From: Candidatus Micrarchaeota archaeon
GTDB lineage: Archaea > Micrarchaeota > Micrarchaeia > Norongarragalinales > Norongarragalinaceae
DNA length: 64,000 bases
Reading direction: 5' to 3'
Assembly: GCA_964630975.1 (NCBI GenBank)
Contig: CAZVVY010000001.1
Location: 2,610-66,609, forward strand
The notes beneath the pieces were generated by a model, which was not told the DNA's origin, searched no databases, and saw only the letters and a program-made list of their open reading frames with translations. The translations under genes were made by a program, and so were the position numbers. Each line of letters starts with the position of its first letter. Position 1 is the stretch's first letter. Of the stretch, positions 9,338 through 16,704 are shown piece by piece.

Positions 9338-10287
9338 TGCTTTTCACCGGATAAATATATTTCTTCCCTGAGTTGGGGCGGCTTGGGTTCGCACTTTGTC
9401 ATCGCCTTTCGCAACAACACGAAGCGCTTTGCGGGACCGGGAACGCTTCCCTCCACTACGGCGTAAGCCTCCTTCGGGTGCCCGTAATTCTTGAACGTCT
9501 TGGTTGCTTCCGCGCCCAACTTCAAAAATCGCTTTAGCGTGTCCGTGCGGCGGTGGTAACCGTATTGGCCCGCGCGCGGAATCGTGTACATTACTTTTGC
9601 CTGGCGTTCGGGTCCGAGGGGTCCTCCGTGCCTGCGCTTTTGGGTTGCTTTTCGAATGTTCAATGAAACGCCGAACCTTTTCACCACGCCCGTCCAGCCG
9701 TGGCCCTTGGTTACCGCGCTCACGTCAATGAATTCGCCGGCTTCGAAAACGTCGCCGGCGCCGACTTCCTTGCCGAGCACGCTTTTCGCGTACTCCAACT
9801 TTTCTTCAACCGAGCCGCCCAAAGCCACTTCGACGAGTTGCGCTTTCTTCATCGGCAGGCCGGCCTTGAATGGTTGCGCCAGCAAGTGCAGGCGCACGTC
9901 CGCGGGTCCCGCAAAATCCTCGATTTTCTTCGAGGACTTCTTGGCTCCCTTGAAGTGCTTGCGCAACTCCTTGGGCAAGTCGGTTGCAACCACTTCGCCG
10001 GACGGCTTCAAGCCGTACGGAGTTTTATCGTAAAAAACGATTGAGTAAACGAATGCCGGCGGCACTTCCACGAGGGTAACCGCCTTGGCGACTTCCTGTC
10101 CCTTGAATGCGGACTCGGATTCGGATACCAGGGAAACCATGGACATCCCGACCTTGTAACCCGGGAAAGCCTGCAACCCGTTACCGGAGTCGGGCCAAGT
10201 GTTCACTCGCGGCACTACGCGCTTCGAGCGCTTCCTGTGCCAAAAAGCGCGGGAACCCCTCTTCGGACCTGGTCGTTTGGTACCCAT
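9334..10287 (-). CDS. rpl3: 50S ribosomal protein L3 (uL3)
   Basis: …VTKGHGWTGVVKRFGVSLNIRKATQKRRHGGPLGPERQAKVMY… is the uL3 signature; first gene of the cluster. Confidence 0.9.
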   Translation of the reverse strand: MGTKRPGPKRGSRAFWHRKRSKRVVPRVNTWPDSGNGLQAFPGYKVGMSMVSLVSESESAFKGQEVAKAVTLVEVPPAFVYSIVFYDKTPYGLKPSGEVVATDLPKELRKHFKGAKKSSKKIEDFAGPADVRLHLLAQPFKAGLPMKKAQLVEVALGGSVEEKLEYAKSVLGKEVGAGDVFEAGEFIDVSAVTKGHGWTGVVKRFGVSLNIRKATQKRRHGGPLGPERQAKVMYTIPRAGQYGYHRRTDTLKRFLKLGAEATKTFKNYGHPKEAYAVVEGSVPGPAKRFVLLRKAMTKCEPKPPQLREEIYLSGEKQ

Positions 10288-10302
10288 TCGGAAATCACTT
10301 TT

Positions 10303-10431
10303 CTAATCGGTTGAGACCTTGTGGGACACCGGAGGCGTCCTCTTGAACAAGAATTTGGTGCCGCAATACGGGCAACGCGTAAACTCGTCGTCCGACGCGT
10401 ACTCGTGACCGCAGTTGGGGCAAACAAACAT
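10303..10431 (-). CDS. rpoP: DNA-directed RNA polymerase subunit P (Rpo12)-like zinc ribbon; below the ORF-track length cutoff
   Basis: Reverse translation from ATG (10429-10431) gives MFVCPNCGHEYASDDEFTRCPYCGTKFLFKRTPPVSHKVSTD. The CxxC…RCPYCG(S/T)K…K motif matches archaeal RpoP. Confidence 0.55.
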   Translation of the reverse strand: MFVCPNCGHEYASDDEFTRCPYCGTKFLFKRTPPVSHKVSTD

Positions 10432-10566
10432 GGTTCTCAATCCACCGTTACACTCCTTAAAAAGAGTGACAAGAATACAATCAAGAGCATTAATAAATCT
10501 TTTCTCTCACGGCTTCGAATTCGCGAAAAGCGCGGAAAAACCCGCGATTACCGAAAAAAAGCTTTG

Positions 10567-10974
10567 TCAGGTCTTGCTTTTGAATTCGCGTTCAATGTCT
10601 TGCGTGAGCAAAAGCGTTTTTTCGTGTAATTCGAAGGCCTCGCTCTCCAACTCGTTTACTTCCGAAAGGAAGGCGTCCAACAATTTTTGGTCGAGCTTCA
10701 CCTTCCTCTTTTTGGCGTAGCCGTGCTGCAAAACGCACAACAAGTCGTTCTCGGTTACGCGCAATGCATCCAACCGCAACAACAAGGACTCGGACTCAAG
10801 CGACAATATGAACACGCGCTTGTTCAACCGCTCCGAGTAATACTGGGTGGAACCCAAGTGCTGCAAAAAATCGCGGCCGTTCTTCAACAATGTTTCCAGC
10901 GTTTGCAGGCCTGGGTACGGCTCCTTGCATTGCTTCAAGAATTCTTCGGCCGCCTTCTCCTCGGACTTATTCAT
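10567..10974 (-). CDS. hypothetical protein (helical, 135 aa)
   Basis: Single long ORF, lower GC (about 45%), between rpoP and tRNA-Thr; no recognisable motif. Confidence 0.5.
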   Translation of the reverse strand: MNKSEEKAAEEFLKQCKEPYPGLQTLETLLKNGRDFLQHLGSTQYYSERLNKRVFILSLESESLLLRLDALRVTENDLLCVLQHGYAKKRKVKLDQKLLDAFLSEVNELESEAFELHEKTLLLTQDIEREFKSKT

Positions 10975-10990
10975 TTCAACAATTCACCAA

Positions 10991-11064
10991 AACCGTAAAG
11001 AGCCTCCGGAGGGATTTGAACCCACGACTTTCTGTTTACGAAACAGACGCTCTACCAACCTGAG
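10991..11064 (-). tRNA. tRNA-Thr (anticodon CGT)
   Basis: Reverse strand: GCCTCCG-TA-GCTC-AGGTTGGTA-GAGC-G-TCTGT-TTCGTAA-ACAGA-AAGTC-GTGGG-TTCAAAT-CCCTC-CGGAGGC-T. Cloverleaf with anticodon CGU; TATA-like TTTTAATT about 25 nt upstream. Confidence 0.85.
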
Positions 11065-11108
11065 CTACGGAGGCAACCAAGAATTGTCGTTGCCCCCAAT
11101 TAAAACTC

Positions 11109-12113
11109 TTACCATAACAACCCGGTCGCGTGCTCGCTGTTTCCGCGGCCCGCCCCCAAGTCGTCGAGAGTCCACTCGCCGGAATTGTTTTTGAATGAGA
11201 ATTCGGTTGCGAGCGCGGGGTACTCGTTGTAGTCCAACCGGTTCCATTTGCTTTTCCGGAATTTCCACGCGGCCGAAGCATACGATTCCACGAGCATTCT
11301 CCCCTTGCCGTCCGCGCCGTCGGTGGTTATCTCGAACGCGGGGTTCTCCGCTTCGTCGATTCGCTTCACTTTCACGTTTCGGTTGTCGAACGTTTTCTTG
11401 CCGTCGAAGAACTGGAAGTGTTTTTTTACGGGGAAGCGCCACGCTTTTTCGGCGCGGTTTGAAAACACGGTTTTGCCGAGGTGCGGCTCGTAGTAGTGCA
11501 CGCACGCACCGCTTTCAAAGTGGTAGACCCCCCAGTACCAGGGCGGCGCCGGCGCGTTTACGCGTACGCGCTGGAAGTACGCGGTGCCGTTGCCGATGTT
11601 GCTCTTGAAGGGTGCGCGGGTTATCTTGAGTATGTCGTAGGAGTAGCCGAGCGGAAACGCGGATTCGTGGAATTCGGGGGCGTAAAAACCTTTTTTTTGT
11701 ATCGGGCCGATGCGGAAATCGTTTTTGCGGAGCGAGACCTTGAACCCGCTCTTCAACTCCTTGAATTCGGTGTCCGGCTTGCGGGTGCGAATGCTTTTGC
11801 CGTCGATTATTACGGGGGTTTGGTCGAGCAAATAGTTTTCCCGCATTTTTTTGCCGTCGTAATACCACGCGGCAACCGCGCCGTCAACGTTGAGCGACTT
11901 TCCTTCGCGGCGCACGAAGTCGTCGCGCAGTTCTATGTCAAGGCCGTTGCAGTTGATTTTTTTCTCGTTCTTCGTGGACCACAAAACCATTAGTTGTCGT
12001 GGGCGCGGGGCGGGCTCGTCGAAGTAGAATATCCACCACCACCAAAGCCAGTTGCCTTTTCGTGACAGGCCTTCCTTGCCGACCTCCCAGATTTTACTTG
12101 TTGCAACAGCCAT
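11109..12113 (-). CDS. hypothetical protein (334 aa, contains a WLWWWWIFYF run)
   Basis: Long ORF with protein-like composition; no recognisable family from sequence alone. Confidence 0.55.
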   Translation of the reverse strand: MAVATSKIWEVGKEGLSRKGNWLWWWWIFYFDEPAPRPRQLMVLWSTKNEKKINCNGLDIELRDDFVRREGKSLNVDGAVAAWYYDGKKMRENYLLDQTPVIIDGKSIRTRKPDTEFKELKSGFKVSLRKNDFRIGPIQKKGFYAPEFHESAFPLGYSYDILKITRAPFKSNIGNGTAYFQRVRVNAPAPPWYWGVYHFESGACVHYYEPHLGKTVFSNRAEKAWRFPVKKHFQFFDGKKTFDNRNVKVKRIDEAENPAFEITTDGADGKGRMLVESYASAAWKFRKSKWNRLDYNEYPALATEFSFKNNSGEWTLDDLGAGRGNSEHATGLLW

Positions 12114-12147
12114 AAGAAATGCTTTTGAATGCTTGCGTTAAAATCGT

Positions 12148-12972
12148 TTGGATATGTGGAACTACGTTTTTGCTTCGTTCTTCTTGTTCGGGTTCGCCCA
12201 CTTTTACCGCAAGCAGGCGCTCAAGGGGGTGGACCCGTTTGTTGCCGGATTCCTTGAAACTATTTCCCAACTCCTGATTGCCTGGGCGGCGCTCGCCGCG
12301 TTCTCCTCGTTTCCCTCCACGATTCCGGCCGAGTCGGTTGCCGCCGGCTTTGCCTTGTTCCTTGCAACCGCCTGCATTTTCCTCGCCTTGCGCAAGGGGC
12401 TCGCCTCCGCCGTATCGGCAATAATCAACTTGAATGCCTTGGTTTCGGTTCCGCTCGCCGTACTTTTTTTGGGTGAGGAATTGTCGTTGCGCGCCGCGGC
12501 CGGAATAGCCTTGGCGGTATTCGTGATTCCCTTGTTGAAGTCTCCGCGCTTCAAGGACGGCGGCTGGCTTAAGTACTCGGTTGCCGCAATGATTTTGCTC
12601 GGCGTGTTCAACCACTTGAACGCGTTTGCTTCCCGCGGAGTCGGCGCGTTCGCGGCTTACGCGGTTTTAATGACTTCTTCGGCCGCGTTTTATTCGGCGT
12701 TCGTCTTACTGAAAAAAAGGAAGGAGTTGAGTTCCCTGCAATTGCCTTCCATCAAGCGCCTCGCTTTTTCCGGGCTCGTACTGGCGACCGCCACGCTCTG
12801 CATGTTCAAGGCTTATTCGCTGGGTGCGGCGTCCGTCGTCGTTCCCGTGGTAAACATGAATTTGTTGGTTACCGCTGTTCTGAGCACGCTTGCCTACAAA
12901 GAAAAATTGGGTGTGCGCGGGTGGCTTGCAGTGGCGTTGGCGGCGTCAAGCGTTTGGCTTCTCGCGGGCTAA
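12148..12972 (+). CDS. EamA/DMT-family transporter (10-TM membrane protein)
   Basis: Two tandem 5-TM halves, small hydrophobic composition typical of EamA-like permeases. Confidence 0.55.
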   Translation: MDMWNYVFASFFLFGFAHFYRKQALKGVDPFVAGFLETISQLLIAWAALAAFSSFPSTIPAESVAAGFALFLATACIFLALRKGLASAVSAIINLNALVSVPLAVLFLGEELSLRAAAGIALAVFVIPLLKSPRFKDGGWLKYSVAAMILLGVFNHLNAFASRGVGAFAAYAVLMTSSAAFYSAFVLLKKRKELSSLQLPSIKRLAFSGLVLATATLCMFKAYSLGAASVVVPVVNMNLLVTAVLSTLAYKEKLGVRGWLAVALAASSVWLLAG

Positions 12973-14859
12973 ACCTTTTTCAACCGCCTTGCGGATTGCT
13001 TCGGCATTCAACCCGTATTTTGCGAGGAGTTGGTTCGGGTCTCCGCTTTCACCGAACCGGTCATTAACGCCGAGCATTACTTGCCGGGTCGAGCGGGCGT
13101 TGCGCGTCAAAACGCCTGCCACGAGGTTGCCGAGGCCGCCGACCTGGTGTTCTTCAACGGTTACCACGAGTTTTGAGTCGGCCGCTTTTAGGATTGCCTC
13201 TTCGTCCAACGGCTTCAAGGTGTGAACGTTTACTACGGCCGCCTTCACGTCTTTCTTGGACAACTCCCACGCGGCGCGCATTGCTTCTGGCACGGCAACT
13301 CCGCACGCGATTATTGCGGCGTCGCAGTCCCCCTCCCACTCGCTTGCAAGAGTCCAATCGAAAGCGTCGACGAATTCTTCTTCTTCCTTTTTGAAGGAGG
13401 CGACATTCGCTTTTCCGTAAACGAACGGCGTGTCTTCGCGCGTTACGACGGGTGTCTTCACCCGGCCCAGGCGCAGAACGACCGGGCCCTTCACGTCGAG
13501 TATTGTCTTGCGCGCGCCCTTGCACGCTTCCAAGAAGTCGCAGGGAACGAACACGCCGAGGTTGGGTATTACCGTCGTAGTGGAAAAGTCTTCGAGTGCC
13601 TGGTGTGTTGCCCCGTCTTCTCCCACGGTAAGCCCGCCGTGGCTCGCAATAACTTTGACGTTTAATTCGGGGTAACAAACGCTGGTGCGCAAAAACTCCC
13701 AGGCGCGGCCCGTAGCAAAAATCGAGAAAGAGCCCGCGACTGCTATGCGGCCTTCCTTGGCGAGGCCGGCAGCCATCCCCATCATGTTTTGTTCGGCGAT
13801 TCCCGCCTCGAAAACGCGTTCCTTGAGGGAAGACAGTCGGACGGAAGAATTCAAGTCGGCGCCCACGGCGACGACGCGCTCGTCCCCCGTCAATTTTTCG
13901 AGGCACGCGCCCGCTCCGCCGCGAATCGCCTTCAACCCGACCTTCATTTCGCCGCCCGAATTCCAAGGCGTAACCGGGTACTTTCCTTGCAGGCGCGCCT
14001 TCACGCCGGCCGCCTTGTCCTCCAAATTCTTTGAAAACAATTCGGTGCGCCCCAGTTCTTCCAGCGCCTTGACGAGTTGGCCGCGGTCCGGCGCCTTGCC
14101 GTGCCAGCCGACCTCGTTTTCCATGAACGAAACCCCTTTGCCTTTCACGGTGCGCGCGATTATCGCGGTGGGCTTTCCCTTGGTGGCGCGCGCTTCGCCA
14201 AACGCTTTTTTGAGTGCTTCAACGTCGTGGCCGTCGCACTCGATTGCGTGCCACCCGAACGCCCGGTATTTTTCGGGCAACGGCTCGACTCCGATTACCT
14301 CGCTTACGGCGCCGTCTATTTGCAGGCGGTTCGCGTCTATTACCGCGCACAAGTTGTCGAGTTCGTAGTGTGAGGCCGCGGCCGCCGCCTCCCAAACGCT
14401 TCCTTCTTCCTGCTCGCCGTCGCCCATCACGCAGTAAACGCGGTAGTTCTCCCCGCCTATTTTCGCGTTGAGCGCCGAGCCCACCGAAGCCGGAAAGCCG
14501 TGGCCGAGCGAGCCGCCGCTCAACTCTATGCCGGGAGTGTCCAACATGTGGGGGTGGCCTTGAAAAGACGAATCCGTTTTGCGGAGAGTCGTCTGGAATT
14601 CCTCCATCGAAAAAAACCCTTTCAAGGCGAGCGCCGCGTATTGCGCGGGACACTTGTGTTGCGCGCTCAAGAACACTCTGCCGCGCCCCCTCCATTCGGG
14701 CTTGGACGCGTCGGTTTTCGCTTCGCCGAAGTAAAGCGTTGCAAGAATTTCGGCTGCGGACAAGGAGCCGCCGGGGTGGCCCGAGCCCGCGAAATAAATT
14801 GCTATCAGCGCGTTGGCGCGGACGTCGTCCGCAATCCCCTTCAACTCGGATGCCTCCAT
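12946..14859 (-). CDS. tkt: Transketolase (fused N- and C-terminal halves)
   Basis: TPP-binding GDGEQEEG motif, HMLDTPGIELSGGSLGHGF, and C-terminal pyrimidine-binding/transketolase C domains. 637 aa. Confidence 0.85.
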   Translation of the reverse strand: MEASELKGIADDVRANALIAIYFAGSGHPGGSLSAAEILATLYFGEAKTDASKPEWRGRGRVFLSAQHKCPAQYAALALKGFFSMEEFQTTLRKTDSSFQGHPHMLDTPGIELSGGSLGHGFPASVGSALNAKIGGENYRVYCVMGDGEQEEGSVWEAAAAASHYELDNLCAVIDANRLQIDGAVSEVIGVEPLPEKYRAFGWHAIECDGHDVEALKKAFGEARATKGKPTAIIARTVKGKGVSFMENEVGWHGKAPDRGQLVKALEELGRTELFSKNLEDKAAGVKARLQGKYPVTPWNSGGEMKVGLKAIRGGAGACLEKLTGDERVVAVGADLNSSVRLSSLKERVFEAGIAEQNMMGMAAGLAKEGRIAVAGSFSIFATGRAWEFLRTSVCYPELNVKVIASHGGLTVGEDGATHQALEDFSTTTVIPNLGVFVPCDFLEACKGARKTILDVKGPVVLRLGRVKTPVVTREDTPFVYGKANVASFKKEEEEFVDAFDWTLASEWEGDCDAAIIACGVAVPEAMRAAWELSKKDVKAAVVNVHTLKPLDEEAILKAADSKLVVTVEEHQVGGLGNLVAGVLTRNARSTRQVMLGVNDRFGESGDPNQLLAKYGLNAEAIRKAVEKGLAREKPNA

Positions 14860-14922
14860 ATGAAAGGCATTCGAACAAATTATTTAACGGTTGCGAACCA
14901 ATACATAAACGGGTGTAAGAAT

Positions 14923-15228
14923 ATGGATGAATTCGTTTACTCTGTTGAATCCGCGGAAAAATCAAAGTTAAAGGCGTTGCTGGACGCCGACCCGTACGCC
15001 GAAAAAAGTTTTGCGCGCGTCGGCTACGACTTGAAGTCTTCGGAGTCCGTCGGCTTGCCCGCCGGAAAGTATTTCGTGCACTTCAAGAGCGACGAGGATT
15101 TGGCGAAAGGCCTTGAAGGCGTTGAATCCTTGCGGGAAGCAACAAAAGAAGAGAAGGCAGCCGTGCTCAAGTCCTTGGAAGAAGGATTGGATAATGCGGT
15201 CAGCGGGTTCGGAAACATTTTCGGTTAA
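14923..15228 (+). CDS. hypothetical protein (101 aa)
   Basis: ATG at 14923 downstream of an AT-rich divergent promoter region; acidic helical protein. Confidence 0.45.
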   Translation: MDEFVYSVESAEKSKLKALLDADPYAEKSFARVGYDLKSSESVGLPAGKYFVHFKSDEDLAKGLEGVESLREATKEEKAAVLKSLEEGLDNAVSGFGNIFG

Positions 15229-15237
15229 CCCGCGCCT

Positions 15238-15840
15238 TTACTTCAGTATTTCGCCGGTTTCAAGGAACCACAAGTAGAAGTCGAGGACTCCGGGTTCCAA
15301 CCCTGTTTGTTTTGCAAGTGGCCGCAACGCGTCCTCCAATTCCAGGTATTTCTTGCGCGTAACCGCTTTCGGCTCTTTTTTTATGAGGCCTTCTTTTTTC
15401 ATTGCGCGTATTACGTGGCGGTCTATTATGGCGACATCCATTCTCCCGACGTTGCGTAGAAAATGGCTCGCCTCCTTGAAGCCGAGGCCGCGCACTTTTT
15501 CGGCCAGCCACTCGCGTGCCTGCGCGGATGGAAGAGCGAGCGCTTCGGGGAGTTGTTTTTTGAGGCGCCGCGCGTTCACTATGTTGGCGGCCTTCACGTT
15601 GTGGAACCGCACGCCGCATTCCTTCAAGTATTCGGCCAACGCCTTTTCGTTGAGGCACTCGAAGTTATCCGGTTTTTCCTGCGCTTTCAACCCGGCGCGC
15701 GCCCGCGAGTTCGCGGTGGTCAAGCAAAAGCAGAGCTCGTGAAAATGTTTTTGGTTGGCTTTCAGTTCGGCTACGCGTTCGCGGATTTTCTTGCCGGCCT
15801 CACTTTTTTTGAGGCGCGCTATTTTTTTCGATAACTTCAT
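15238..15840 (-). CDS. ogg: N-glycosylase/DNA lyase (archaeal Ogg2-type 8-oxoguanine DNA glycosylase)
   Basis: N-terminus MKLSKKIARLKKSE…FHELCFCLTTANS and HhH-GPD region KEASHFLRNVG…DRHV match Ogg2-family enzymes. Confidence 0.75.
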   Translation of the reverse strand: MKLSKKIARLKKSEAGKKIRERVAELKANQKHFHELCFCLTTANSRARAGLKAQEKPDNFECLNEKALAEYLKECGVRFHNVKAANIVNARRLKKQLPEALALPSAQAREWLAEKVRGLGFKEASHFLRNVGRMDVAIIDRHVIRAMKKEGLIKKEPKAVTRKKYLELEDALRPLAKQTGLEPGVLDFYLWFLETGEILK

Positions 15841-16042
15841 TGAGTTTTTTCACTAGTTCGTCCACGCCTTCGTCGGAAAAGCCGTGTGCTTTGGCGCCTT
15901 GCTCGATTGATTCGAGGCGGGCCATTGCGCAGCCGATGCAGCCCATCCCCGCGGACAAGAGTACGCCCGCGGTTCCGGGGTGTTTTTCCACGACTTCCCT
16001 AATCAAGTCGGTTTTCTTAATCAAATTCCTCGCACCTCGCAT
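15800..16042 (-). CDS. DUF1858 (hybrid-cluster-protein-associated redox disulfide) family protein
   Basis: …VVEKHPGTAGVLLSAGMGCIGCAMARLESIEQGAKAHGF… is the DUF1858 signature with a CxxC motif. Confidence 0.7.
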   Translation of the reverse strand: MRGARNLIKKTDLIREVVEKHPGTAGVLLSAGMGCIGCAMARLESIEQGAKAHGFSDEGVDELVKKLNEVIEKNSAPQKK

Positions 16043-16704
16043 TTCTTGAAGTATGGCCTTAATTCATCCCTCAACTTCACGAGTTCCTGCGGTGGGTAGC
16101 CCGGTTTTCCGCGGTACTCGGGGTCGACCAGTTCCCCTTGTGAAACGAATTGTTGTAGGTAGTAGGCGTAGCTTCCCTTCAGCCACTCCCCTATTTCGAG
16201 CGCGTCTTCCCTGGAATAAAATTCGGGGACCACGGTAGTGCGGAACTCATACTCCTTTCCACTATTCCTTATGATTTCCACGCTTTTTCGTATTGCTTCG
16301 GCTACTTCCACTCCGGCAACCGAAGCGTATTTTTCGATGGGTGCCTTTATGTCCATCGCTATGTAGTCGGCGTGGGGTAGGCATTTTTCGAGGGCGTCCG
16401 GGAAAGAGCCGTTGGTGTCCAGCTTCACGTCGAACCCTTTTTCCTTTATTTTTTTCAGGAATTCGGCGGCGTCTTCGTGAATCAAGGGTTCCCCGCCCGT
16501 GATGCATACGCCGTCAAGCCAACCCTTTCTTTCATCCAAAAAATTCCAAAAGTATTCTTCGGGCATTCTTTCGGGGTCGCCGGTTACGAGCGCGGGGTTG
16601 TGGCAGTAAGGGCACCTGAAGTTGCAGCCCGCGGTGAACGCGGTGCACGCCACTTTTCCCGGGTAGTCGATGAGCGTGTTTTTTTGGAGGCCCGCCAGAA
16701 TCAT
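16021..16704 (-). CDS. nrdG: Anaerobic ribonucleoside-triphosphate reductase activating protein (radical SAM)
   Basis: CNFRCPYCHN radical-SAM CxxxCxxC motif and GGEPL; start overlaps the nrdD 3' end by ATGA. Confidence 0.85.
   Translation of the reverse strand: MILAGLQKNTLIDYPGKVACTAFTAGCNFRCPYCHNPALVTGDPERMPEEYFWNFLDERKGWLDGVCITGGEPLIHEDAAEFLKKIKEKGFDVKLDTNGSFPDALEKCLPHADYIAMDIKAPIEKYASVAGVEVAEAIRKSVEIIRNSGKEYEFRTTVVPEFYSREDALEIGEWLKGSYAYYLQQFVSQGELVDPEYRGKPGYPPQELVKLRDELRPYFKKCEVRGI

Noticed and set aside
13154-13966. 270-aa minus-strand Arg-rich ORF, and 14219..14965
   Set aside because: They lie inside transketolase in another frame; composition (about 25% Arg) is typical of GC-rich off-frame translation.
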